Source of the DNA: Thermoplasmata archaeon
GTDB lineage: Archaea; Thermoplasmatota; Thermoplasmata; Lutacidiplasmatales; UBA184
Direction of reading: 5' to 3'
Length of the DNA: 55,410 nt
Assembly: GCA_037916495.1 (NCBI GenBank)
Contig: JBAIXP010000077.1
Span: 1-55,410 of the forward strand
How positions within the stretch are numbered: position 1 is the stretch's first letter; every line of letters starts with the position of its first letter. The notes under the pieces are model-generated. The model was not told where the DNA came from and searched no databases. It worked only from the letters and a program-made list of their open reading frames with translations. Positions 34,738-43,315 of the stretch are shown here, piece after piece. A program made the translations under genes and the position numbers.

Positions 34738-36834
34738 ATGAGCCCCGGATCCGAGGCCGACCGACCTTCCTCCTCTCGCCTCGCCGGGGCCCGCTCCGCC
34801 TACCTGCGGGGTGCCGCATCGCAAGGCATCGACTGGCACCCGTGGGGCGCGGAACCGTTCGCGCTGGCCGCCGAGCAGCACCGGCCGATCCTCCTCGACA
34901 TCGGGGCGTCGTGGTGCCACTGGTGCCATGTGATGGACGAGGGGACGTACTCGGACCCCGAGGTCGCGCGGCTCCTCGCCGAACATTTCGTCGCCGTCAA
35001 GGTCGACCGTGACGAGCACCCCGAGGTCGACCGGAGGTACCAGCGGCAGGTCTCGGCGCTGACGGGCGAGGGCGGCTGGCCGCTCACGGCCTTCTTGACG
35101 CCGGACGGTTCCGTCTTCCTCGGCGGAACGTACTTTCCCCCGACCGACGGCCACGGCCGCCCCGGTTTCCGCCGGGTGCTGAGCGAGGTGGCCCGCATCT
35201 GGAAGGAGGAACCCGAACGGGTCGAGCAGAACACCTCGGCGTTGCAGGGAAGCCTCCTCCGCGTGGCGGCGCGTCGGGTCTCCGACTCGGACGACCTCGA
35301 TCGGTTCGCGGCGGGGATCGTCGGTGAGGTCGCCGCGTCGTTCGACCCCCTCCACGGAGGGTTCGGAGGGGCGCCGAAATTCCCTCACGCGGCCGCCGTC
35401 GAGCTCCTCCTCTGGGCCGAGCACCACGGGCTCCTCGGTTCGGGCGACGCCGCCCGCGAGACCCTACTCAAGATGGCGGACGGCGGGATGTACGACCAGC
35501 TGGGCGGAGGGTTCCACCGCTACTCGGTGGACGAGGGCTGGCACATCCCGCATTTCGAGAAGATGGCGGTCGACAATGCCGAGCTGCTCCAGGCGTACGT
35601 CGCGGGCTTTGGCCGGTTCGGCGAGCCTCGGTTCGAGGAGGTCGTCCGCGGCACGATCGGATGGCTCGAGGGGGTCCTCGCCGACCCCGCCGGAGGGTGG
35701 GGGGCCAGCCAGGACGCGGACAACGCGCCGGGGGACGACGGCGACTACTTCACCTGGACGCGGGCCGAGCTCCGGGGGGCGCTCGCGCCGGAGGAGTACC
35801 GGTTCGCGCTGCGAGCGTTCGGCGTCGACACCGACGGGCGGATGCCCCACGCCCCCGAGCGCAACGTCCTCTTCCGCCTCCTGCCGCCCGAGGCGGCCGC
35901 CGAGGGGCTCGACCTCGGGGAGCCGCCGGCGACGGTGCTCGCCCGGGTTCTCGAACAGCTCCGCGAGGTCCGGGCCCGCCGAGCGATGCCGACGGTCGAC
36001 CGCGCCGTCTACGCCTCGATCAACGGGCGGCTGATCGGCGCGTTCGCTCGGGCCGGCGCGAGATTCGCCGAAGGCCCCTGGGTCGCTTCGGCCCGTCGCG
36101 CGGCCGACCGGTTCCTTCACGACGGCTACGACCCCGACCGGGGGATCGCCCACGAGGTCGGTCCGGCAGGTCCGAGCGGCTTCGGCCTGCTTGACGACCA
36201 GGTCGCGTTCGCGGGCGGGCTCCTCGAGCTCGCGGCGGCCACGACCGAGCCCGCGTACCTCGAGCGGGCGCTCGAGCTCCTCCGCCGGGTCGACCGGGAG
36301 TTCCGCGGCGAGGACGGTCTCCTCCGCGAGGTCGCTCCCTCGCTCTACGACGGCCCCAAGGTCGGCGGGGTCCTCGACGCGTCGTATCCGCTCGAGGACA
36401 CCCCGCACCTGGCGGCCAACGCGGCGGCCGCCCTCGCCTTCCTGCGGGCCGACGCTCTCTTGCACGACGGGTCGTGGCGCGAGAAGGCCGCCGCGCTCCT
36501 CCGCCCGATCGCCCGGCGCCTCGCGGGCTCGGGGGTCTTCGCCGGCGGTTCCGCGCTCGCCGCCGGGCTCCTCTCGACCGAGCCCGCGACGGTGGTGGTC
36601 GAAGGGTCCGACGCCGCGGCGGAGCGGCTCCGGGCGACCGCGCGACGGGCCTACCACCCGAACGCGTTCGTCTTCCCGTCCCGCCCGCCGGCCCCGTTCT
36701 CCTTCCCCGGGCCCGCGCCGGCCGCGGACGCCCCCTCCCGCGCGCTCGTCTGCTTCGGCTCGGCGTGCGCCCCGCCCGTCACGACGCCCGAGGGGCTTTC
36801 GGCACTCCTCGCTCGGGGACGTCCCGGCGCGTAG
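34738..36834 (+). CDS. Thioredoxin-domain protein of the DUF255/YyaL (SSP411-like) family with a C-terminal alpha/alpha-toroid domain
   Basis: IDWHPWG.EPFALA...PILLDIGASWCHWCHVM...DPEVA.LL...FV.VKVDR.E.PEVD..Y. 698 aa. Confidence 0.8.
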   Translation: MSPGSEADRPSSSRLAGARSAYLRGAASQGIDWHPWGAEPFALAAEQHRPILLDIGASWCHWCHVMDEGTYSDPEVARLLAEHFVAVKVDRDEHPEVDRRYQRQVSALTGEGGWPLTAFLTPDGSVFLGGTYFPPTDGHGRPGFRRVLSEVARIWKEEPERVEQNTSALQGSLLRVAARRVSDSDDLDRFAAGIVGEVAASFDPLHGGFGGAPKFPHAAAVELLLWAEHHGLLGSGDAARETLLKMADGGMYDQLGGGFHRYSVDEGWHIPHFEKMAVDNAELLQAYVAGFGRFGEPRFEEVVRGTIGWLEGVLADPAGGWGASQDADNAPGDDGDYFTWTRAELRGALAPEEYRFALRAFGVDTDGRMPHAPERNVLFRLLPPEAAAEGLDLGEPPATVLARVLEQLREVRARRAMPTVDRAVYASINGRLIGAFARAGARFAEGPWVASARRAADRFLHDGYDPDRGIAHEVGPAGPSGFGLLDDQVAFAGGLLELAAATTEPAYLERALELLRRVDREFRGEDGLLREVAPSLYDGPKVGGVLDASYPLEDTPHLAANAAAALAFLRADALLHDGSWREKAAALLRPIARRLAGSGVFAGGSALAAGLLSTEPATVVVEGSDAAAERLRATARRAYHPNAFVFPSRPPAPFSFPGPAPAADAPSRALVCFGSACAPPVTTPEGLSALLARGRPGA

Positions 36835-37606
36835 CCAGGACCCCCACGTCCGAACCGTCCAAGAGATAGGCCCGCGCCGTCCCGCGGGAGAGGAACCGAC
36901 CGTAGAGGAACGACCGGCCGCGCGCCGGACGTTCCCGGTTCAGCGACTCGGCGCCGGCGAGCGGGTGGAACGCCGGCAGGACGATCAGCTCGCGGCTTAG
37001 GAGGGCGTGCGCGGGGCGGCGCCGCGGAGGGGGCACGGGCGGGGGCGGGAACTCGACGCGCACCCAGCAGCGGTGCTTTCCGTCCGGGTGCGACGGGCTC
37101 GGGGCGAAACGGTACCCCGGGTGGAGGTGGCCGGCGACCAGCGTCGGGGCCGCGAGCACCTCCGGGGAGGGCCAGCGGTGCCCGTGGAAGACGCCGACCC
37201 CTTCGATTAGCGTCCCTTCCGGGCCGGCGACCCCGACCTCGCGCGGGAGGAATCGGACGAGGCCGACGTCGTGGTTGCCGAGCACCACCTCGACGTCGAG
37301 CCTCTCGGAGAGGAGCGTCGCGAAGAAGTCGAAGACGACCGGCCGGAGCCACGGGGGCGCTCCGACGATCGGGTGCTTCACGTCGCCCGCGACGACCACA
37401 CGCCGGGCCGCCGCGCGCCCGCAGATCTCGAGCAGCGTGGCGGCGAGGCGCGGGGCCGAGCCCTCGGGGGGACCGACCGGCCGCTCGGCAATCGCGCCGA
37501 GGCCGAGGTGGAGGTCGGCGATCACCACGGTCGGGACGCCGGCGCGGTCGAGCCGGTCGACAAAGAGCGCCGCCGTCGTGGGGATCGGCCGGATCCGGGG
37601 GGGCAC
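36779..37606 (-). CDS. Calcineurin-like metallophosphoesterase (COG1407/PdeM-like)
   Basis: VVIADLHLG, VVAGDVKH, LGNHD and FHGH. The start is uncertain. GTG 37606 is the first canonical in-frame start below the 37684-37694 TATA. The 3' end overlaps the convergent yyaL-like gene by 56 nt. Confidence 0.65.
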   Translation of the reverse strand: MPPRIRPIPTTAALFVDRLDRAGVPTVVIADLHLGLGAIAERPVGPPEGSAPRLAATLLEICGRAAARRVVVAGDVKHPIVGAPPWLRPVVFDFFATLLSERLDVEVVLGNHDVGLVRFLPREVGVAGPEGTLIEGVGVFHGHRWPSPEVLAAPTLVAGHLHPGYRFAPSPSHPDGKHRCWVRVEFPPPPVPPPRRRPAHALLSRELIVLPAFHPLAGAESLNRERPARGRSFLYGRFLSRGTARAYLLDGSDVGVLATRRDVPERGVPKAPRAS

Positions 37607-37683
37607 GCCCGGCCCGAGGGCGGAGCGCGGATGAGCCGTTCCACCGAGGAGGCGGCCGGGCCGGGCCTCGGGGGGAGGGTCGG

Positions 37684-37694
37684 TATTTATATAG
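37684..37694. promoter_or_regulatory. TATA element (TATTTATATAG) in the divergent phosphoesterase / COG1395 regulator gap
   Basis: The strongest AT-rich element in the window. It lies 30-40 nt upstream of ATG 37724. Confidence 0.6.
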
Positions 37695-37723
37695 AAGAGA
37701 TAGGTCGATTGGTAGCGGGGGCG

Positions 37724-38710
37724 ATGAGCAAACCGCGGGACCGCTGGCTGGAACGGATCCGGTTCCTCCTCGAGCGCTCCGGCTTCTACGTCACCTCCAC
37801 GGCCGGCGTTCGTCCGTCGAGCTTCGATTTCGCGGCCCGCCGCGACGCGACGCTCCTGCTCGTCAAGGTCCTCAAGAACATCGACGCGCTCGACGGCGAG
37901 GAGGCCCGCCGCCTCATCGAGCTCGGCCGGGTCTTCCCGGCGACGGTGCTGGTCATCGGCCAGCGCTCGGGGGCGTCCGACCTCGAGAGCGGGGTGGTCT
38001 ACACCCGCTACGGCGTCCCGATCGTCAACGACCAGACCCTTGAAGAGTACCTCGAGAAGGCCGCCCCGCCGTTCCTCTACGCGAGCCCGGGCGGCATCTT
38101 CGCCCGGGTCGACGGGGAGCGCCTGAGGTTCCTCAGGGTCTCGCGCGGCCTCTCGCTCGGCGCCCTCGCGGCGATCGCGGGCGTCTCCCGACGGGCGATC
38201 CAGCTCTACGAGGAGGGCCAGGGGGCCGAGGAGTCCGTCGTCGCCCGCATCGAAGCGTACTTCGACGCCCCGATCGTCCGCCCGATCCTCCTGTTCGCCG
38301 CCGGCGGAGCCCCCCGGCCCCCCCGCGCCGAGCCCGCGGAGGAGGGGACGGCCGCCCGGGGCGATCCGGCCCGGCTGCGCACGGGCGACCCGCTGCGCGA
38401 CGGGGTCTTCCGCCAGCTCGACGGGATCGGCCTTTCGGTCACCGTCACGGCGCGGGCGCCGTTCGACGCGCTCGCCCGGGCCCACGAGATCCTCCTCACG
38501 GGGGTCGGGAGCCTCAGGACCGCGGCGCGCCGCGCGGAGGTCCTCCACGGGATCGCGCGGGTCGCCGAGGGGCACGCGATGTTCGTCGTCGGGGAGCCCG
38601 TGCACCGCAGCTCGATCGACGGACTCCCGATCCTCACGGTGGTCGAGCTGAAGCGCCACCGGGACCCGGAGGAGCTGCTCGACGAGGTCGTCGCGCGCGA
38701 AGGACCGTGA
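37724..38710 (+). CDS. Archaeal COG1395-type putative transcriptional regulator (N-terminal nuclease-like domain + XRE HTH)
   Basis: FDFAARRD..LLLVKVL.NID (nuclease-fold-like N-domain), then LR..R...GLSLGALA...GVSRRAIQLYE.G (HTH). ATG 37724 is in frame within track ORF 37271..38710. Confidence 0.65.
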   Translation: MSKPRDRWLERIRFLLERSGFYVTSTAGVRPSSFDFAARRDATLLLVKVLKNIDALDGEEARRLIELGRVFPATVLVIGQRSGASDLESGVVYTRYGVPIVNDQTLEEYLEKAAPPFLYASPGGIFARVDGERLRFLRVSRGLSLGALAAIAGVSRRAIQLYEEGQGAEESVVARIEAYFDAPIVRPILLFAAGGAPRPPRAEPAEEGTAARGDPARLRTGDPLRDGVFRQLDGIGLSVTVTARAPFDALARAHEILLTGVGSLRTAARRAEVLHGIARVAEGHAMFVVGEPVHRSSIDGLPILTVVELKRHRDPEELLDEVVAREGP

Positions 38711-39378
38711 TCACGGCCACGCTCGCGGGGGCACCGTCCGTTCTTCTGGTGGGAGCCGTCCGCGGGCTGGCGCGTGACGCCCTCGCGCTCGAGCCCGAGC
38801 TCGACCGGTTTTCCCCCGAGGCGGTCGGCCTCGCGGTCTCCTCCGAGGAGCTCCGTTCCCTCGTGGCGTACTTCGGCGACGTCGAGGCGGAGCCGGTCGT
38901 CCCTCTCTCGTCCGCGGAGGTGAACGAGGTGCGGGGCCTGGTGCGGTTCGGCGAGGTCACCGTGCCGAACCCGTCGGTCCTCGCCGCGATCCGCTGGGGC
39001 CGTCTCCACGCGACGCCCGTCGTCCCGCTCGACCCGAGCGACGAGGGCTCGGCAGCGCTCTTCGCCGAGCACATCGGCTACCTCGAGCTCGTCCGCCGGA
39101 CCGTGCGCGAGAACCGCATCGGCCGCTCGCCCCCCGCGCCCGACTCGGCCGACGCCTACGCCCTCGCCTGGGACGGGGAGGTCTCGGGGGGGCGGGGGTC
39201 GCGCCGGTACACCGCGGCCCGCAACGCCCACCTTGCGCGCGAGGCCCACCGTCTTGGCGAGGGCCGCTCGCGCGTCGCGCTCGTGGTCGACCGGGAGCGC
39301 TTTGACGGGGTGCGGGCCACTCTCGAGGCGGCCCGCGGGGTGCGCCCCGCCGGCACGGCGCGCGCCGCGCCAGGCTAG
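38707..39378 (+). CDS. Hypothetical protein, apparent degenerate TraB/Tiki-family paralog lacking both GxxH motifs
   Basis: GTGA overlap with the regulator gene. By-eye collinearity with the traB gene at 8262..8978 (see findings). Confidence 0.5.
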   Translation: MITATLAGAPSVLLVGAVRGLARDALALEPELDRFSPEAVGLAVSSEELRSLVAYFGDVEAEPVVPLSSAEVNEVRGLVRFGEVTVPNPSVLAAIRWGRLHATPVVPLDPSDEGSAALFAEHIGYLELVRRTVRENRIGRSPPAPDSADAYALAWDGEVSGGRGSRRYTAARNAHLAREAHRLGEGRSRVALVVDRERFDGVRATLEAARGVRPAGTARAAPG

Positions 39379-39917
39379 TCGTCGCGCTCCAAGATCTTCT
39401 CGAGGGCGGCCCGTCCGACCCGCCGGAACTCCTCGAGGCCCCCCTCGTTCACGAGCATCCCGTCCGCGAGCGTGAAGGCGTTGCCGATCCCCCACTTGAG
39501 CTCCCGGCGGTCGCGGTCGTAGAACTCCTGGAGGCTTCCGCCGTCGTCCGAGCGGCTGCGGCTCGTCATCCGGTCGTAGCGGGTCTCGGGCGAGGCGAAG
39601 ATCCCGAGGACGTAGAGGTCGCCGAAGTTGTGGCGGAAGACCGTCACCTCGCTGTCGGAGCGGCACCCGTCGACCAGCATGCGGGTCTCGGTGAGCTTCG
39701 GCAGCGCCCGCTGCGCCCAGATGCCGGGGCCGTGGCGGTCGCGCTCCTCCGAGGCGATGCGCGCGACGTTCGAGTTGGTGACGGGGAGCCCCCGCCGCCG
39801 CGTCTCGTCGCGCACGAGGTCCCCCATCTTGAGGACCGCGAGCCCCATCGACCGTGCGACCGTGACGAGCTCGTCCTTGCCGGACCCGGGCATCCCTACC
39901 GTAACGATGAGCTTCAT
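39375..39917 (-). CDS. P-loop nucleotide kinase, UPF0200 / dephospho-CoA-kinase-like family
   Basis: MKLIVTVGMPGSGKDE (Walker A), 180 aa, archaeal UPF0200 pattern. Confidence 0.7.
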   Translation of the reverse strand: MKLIVTVGMPGSGKDELVTVARSMGLAVLKMGDLVRDETRRRGLPVTNSNVARIASEERDRHGPGIWAQRALPKLTETRMLVDGCRSDSEVTVFRHNFGDLYVLGIFASPETRYDRMTSRSRSDDGGSLQEFYDRDRRELKWGIGNAFTLADGMLVNEGGLEEFRRVGRAALEKILERDD

Positions 39918-40564
39918 GGAGAGGAAGGGGGACGGCCGGGCGGGCTCGCCGGCGCCGCGGGCGACGCGGCCGGGGGCGCCCCCGCGCCCCCCGAATCCTG
40001 GTCGGTCACGGCCTGGAGCCGGTCGGCCCGCTGGCGGAGTTGCGCCGCCTCCTCCTCGCGGACCCGCGCGACCTCGAGCAGCTGGTCGACCTTCACGTGG
40101 ATCTCCTGGGTCTTCTGCGTCTTCTGCGCCGCCCGTAGCTCGAGGCTCTTGGCTCGCGTCTTTGCGTCCTCGACCTTCTGCTGGAGCTTGCGCAGCCGGT
40201 ACTGTAGGGCGGTGACGTCGCTTCCGAGGTAGCCGCCGGTCTGGCCGGCGCGGACGCGCTCGACCTCCGCGGACCGTTCGCCGATCTCCTGCTCAAGGGA
40301 GGGGACGGTGCCGGCCGCCTTGGCCGCCCGCTCCCGCAGCAAGCTCGCCTGGTGGTGAAGCCTCTCGATCCGGGTGTTGAGGCGCGAGATCCGCTGGTGG
40401 ATCCTCTGCGCGCGGTGCTCCTCGCGCGCCGCGCGTTCCCGCAGCTTGCTGATGTCGGCGTACTTCTCGCCGAGGAACCGCGAGCGGCGGGCGAGGACGA
40501 CCGGGGAAGGTGCCTCGGCACCCTGGGGTGCGGACCCTCCCTGCGCCATCGACTGATTCCCCAC
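39914..40564 (-). CDS. Hypothetical coiled-coil protein with a Pro/Ala-rich C-terminus
   Basis: Heptad-like R/E/Q/L-rich sequence over about 150 aa. ATGA overlap with the downstream kinase gene. The start is either GTG 40564 or ATG 40549. A TATA-like GCTATAAC (minus strand) lies at about 40576-40583. Confidence 0.55.
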   Translation of the reverse strand: MGNQSMAQGGSAPQGAEAPSPVVLARRSRFLGEKYADISKLRERAAREEHRAQRIHQRISRLNTRIERLHHQASLLRERAAKAAGTVPSLEQEIGERSAEVERVRAGQTGGYLGSDVTALQYRLRKLQQKVEDAKTRAKSLELRAAQKTQKTQEIHVKVDQLLEVARVREEEAAQLRQRADRLQAVTDQDSGGAGAPPAASPAAPASPPGRPPSSP

Positions 40565-40632
40565 CGTGGTGTCGAGTTATAGCGGTTGGTAGGGACCGGC
40601 GCCGGCTCCCGTGCGGGGCGGCCGCGCGCCCG

Positions 40633-42132
40633 CTAGCCGGCCGGGTGCGGGGGGCGGAGGAGCGGTGCGAGGCGCCCCGCGAGGTCGGCCGTGCGGACGC
40701 GTTCCTGGGATTTCGAGTCGCGGTCCCGCAAGGTCACGGTCCCCTGCTCCGGGCCGTCGGCGATCGTCACGCTGTCGACCGTGGCACAGAACGGCGCTCC
40801 GGCCTCGTCCATGCGCGCGTACCGTCGGCCGATCGAGCTGCCCTCGTCGTAGCCGGTGGGGATCCCCGACGCCCGCATCTCCGAGGCGAGCCGCCGGGCG
40901 GCCTCCCGGTGCTCCTTGGGGATGAGCGGGAAGACGCCGAGGGGGACGGGGGCGAGGTAGGGGGGAAGCCGCCAGACCGTCCGCTCGCCGTCCTTGGCGA
41001 GGTGGACGTCGGCGAGGGCCCAGAGGTTGCGGTCGACGCCGAACGTGAGCTCGAGCACGTGCGGGAGGAGCCGGTCGGAAGGCCCGCGGGAGATCGCGAG
41101 GTCCTTGCCGGATCCCTCGCCGTGGCGGGCGAGGTCGTAGTCGCCGCGGTAGTGGACCGCCCCGATCTCCCGGTACCCGCCGAGGCTCTCGATCGCGAGC
41201 TCGGCGTCGAACTGGAGACGGTTGTAGAACGCCCGCTCCTTCTCCGACTTTTCAAGGAAGCGGATCCGTTCCTCGGGGTAGCGGAGGACGTCGCGCAGGA
41301 ACCGGAGCATGTGGACCAGGTGGTAGACGTAGAACTCGGGGAGACCCGAGGCGACCAGCTCGGCCGCCGTCGGGTGCTCGGTGCTCTCCTGGCCGGCGAG
41401 ACGCCGCTCGGCCCGGAGGACCGGGACCTTCTCCTGGGCGACGGCGGCGAACGGGAGCTCGAACGCCTTCGGGTCGAAGAAGATCTGCAGCTCCGCCTGG
41501 GTGAACACGCGCATCCGGAAGAGGACCTGACGGGGCGCGATCTCGTTGCGGTAGGCCCGGCCGATGACGCCGATCCCGAGGGGGAGCGCCCGGCGGCCGA
41601 CGTCCCACATCCGGGAGAACGCGAGGTAGCTCGCCTGCGCCGTCTCGGGCTGGAGGTACGCACGCTCGTCGCGGCCGACGCCGAACGCCGTGCCGAACAT
41701 GAGGTTGAACGGTTTCGGCACGCCGAGCGCGAGCGAGCCGCACGACGGGCACCGGAGCTGGTTGGCGTGCACGACCTCGGCGATCTGCTGCGCGGTGAGC
41801 CCGTCCACCCCCTGCGGGCGGACCTTCTCGAGCAGCGTCTCGGCCCGGAAGGAGGTGCGGCAGGCGTCGCACGTCACTTCCGGGTCGGTGAAGTTCTCGA
41901 GGTGCCCGGACGCCCGAACGACCGCCTCGGGAAGGAGCTCGGACGGCTGGATGAGGTAGTAGTCGTCCGAGAGGCCGAGGAACCAGGTCGCCCACGCGTC
42001 CTCGAGGTGGCGCTTGAGCGCCGTGCCGAGGGGGCCGTAGTCGAAGAGCCCCTGGGCCCCGCCGTAAATCTCCGCGGACGGCCAAAGGACGCCGCGGCGG
42101 CGGAGGAGCGCGTAGAGCTCGTCGATCTTCAT
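40633..42132 (-). CDS. glyS: Glycine--tRNA ligase (archaeal/eukaryotic alpha2 type)
   Basis: RRRG.LWPS.EIYGG..G..DYGP.G..LK; GLSDDYYLIQPSE...; FNLMF; YLQPETAQ; IG.AYRNEI.PR..L.R.R.FTQAE. ATG 42132 overlaps the upstream gene's stop (ATGA). Confidence 0.9.
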   Translation of the reverse strand: MKIDELYALLRRRGVLWPSAEIYGGAQGLFDYGPLGTALKRHLEDAWATWFLGLSDDYYLIQPSELLPEAVVRASGHLENFTDPEVTCDACRTSFRAETLLEKVRPQGVDGLTAQQIAEVVHANQLRCPSCGSLALGVPKPFNLMFGTAFGVGRDERAYLQPETAQASYLAFSRMWDVGRRALPLGIGVIGRAYRNEIAPRQVLFRMRVFTQAELQIFFDPKAFELPFAAVAQEKVPVLRAERRLAGQESTEHPTAAELVASGLPEFYVYHLVHMLRFLRDVLRYPEERIRFLEKSEKERAFYNRLQFDAELAIESLGGYREIGAVHYRGDYDLARHGEGSGKDLAISRGPSDRLLPHVLELTFGVDRNLWALADVHLAKDGERTVWRLPPYLAPVPLGVFPLIPKEHREAARRLASEMRASGIPTGYDEGSSIGRRYARMDEAGAPFCATVDSVTIADGPEQGTVTLRDRDSKSQERVRTADLAGRLAPLLRPPHPAG

Positions 42133-43235
42133 CCGGACTGCGCGGGCCCGTTCGGTCCCGCCCGGACGATAAGCTGTTCGGTGACCCGCGTGACGACCTG
42201 GTAGGCGGGGTCGTCCGGCGGGAGCCGTAGGACGACCGGCCGGGCGGGGCTCCCGGGTTCTAGGCGCGCCGCGCTGGGCTCGCCGAGCCAGGCCCACGGC
42301 TCGACCAGGGCGGCCCGTGCCAGGAACGCAGCGGACGCCGGACGGTTCGTCAGCCGGCTTGCAGCGTAGGCGAACTGGAGCTCGGACCAGAGGGTCGGCG
42401 GGTGGAACATCGCGTTGTCGGTCCCGAGCAGGACCTTGAGGCCGAGCCGTTCCATCGCGCCGAGATCGGGCTGGCGGCCGAAGAGGGCGTTCGAGCGGGG
42501 ACAGACCGCGACCGCCACCCGCTCGTCCCGTACGAGCTCGAGGTCGGCGGGGGTCGCCCGCGCGAGGTGCACGAGGAGGTCGGGCCGAGGCTCCAGGTAC
42601 GTCTCCGGCCGCTCGCGCACCGCCTCGCTGGCGTGGAGGGCGTAGATCTTCCGGCGGAGCCGGCACGCCCGCGCGACCTCCTTCCGGGTCTCCCCGGTCT
42701 CCTCCCGCGCGCTCGAGAGGCCGATCCCGTCGGCGACGTCGAGCAGCCGGCCGAGTTCGGCCGACGCGATCGGACGCTCGAGGGGTCGGCCGAGCGCCAC
42801 GACCCGGATCGGGAGACCGCGGCTGGCGGCGCGCAGCAGCTCAACTCCCTCGCGGCCCTCTTCCCGGAAGTCGACCACCGCCGCCGCGCCCTCGCGGACC
42901 ATCCTCGCGAGCGCCGCCCGGATCGCGGACCGCTTGCGCGACGGCGGGGTCTCCCGGAGGAGACGGAGCTTGTAGCTGTCGTGCACCCCGACGAGCCGTT
43001 CGACCGGTCCCATCGGCGGCTCGCGCGACGAGACCGCGTCGCCGAGGTGGGTGTGGGCGTTCACCGGAGCCGGCACGACGATCCCCCGGATCCGGCGGTC
43101 CCGGCCCCGCGAGGAGTCGGTGCCGCGGGCGCCGACCTCGACCACCCGCCCGTGGCGGATCCGAACGTACGCCGCCCGAGGGCCGTCCACGTCCAGTACG
43201 GCCCCCTCGACCAGCATCGCGGCGGCGCGACGCAT
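42129..43235 (-). CDS. Metal-dependent amidohydrolase (chlorohydrolase / nucleoside-deaminase-like)
   Basis: PAPVNAHTHLGD (HxH), later HASE and GTDN motifs. Substrate is not assignable. Confidence 0.65.
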   Translation of the reverse strand: MRRAAAMLVEGAVLDVDGPRAAYVRIRHGRVVEVGARGTDSSRGRDRRIRGIVVPAPVNAHTHLGDAVSSREPPMGPVERLVGVHDSYKLRLLRETPPSRKRSAIRAALARMVREGAAAVVDFREEGREGVELLRAASRGLPIRVVALGRPLERPIASAELGRLLDVADGIGLSSAREETGETRKEVARACRLRRKIYALHASEAVRERPETYLEPRPDLLVHLARATPADLELVRDERVAVAVCPRSNALFGRQPDLGAMERLGLKVLLGTDNAMFHPPTLWSELQFAYAASRLTNRPASAAFLARAALVEPWAWLGEPSAARLEPGSPARPVVLRLPPDDPAYQVVTRVTEQLIVRAGPNGPAQSG

Positions 43236-43315
43236 GCCGCCCGTCGGTCTTAGCGGGCGCGGGGAGGCGCCCGAACCCGCTATCCGAACGGACGGCTCGC
43301 CCGGAGAGGGACTCG

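Noticed and set aside
33024-35012. 662-aa plus-strand ORF
   Set aside because: It is antisense to sdo1 and psmA, and out of frame with the start of the yyaL-like gene.
40510-42204. 564-aa plus-strand ORF
   Set aside because: It is antisense to glyS.
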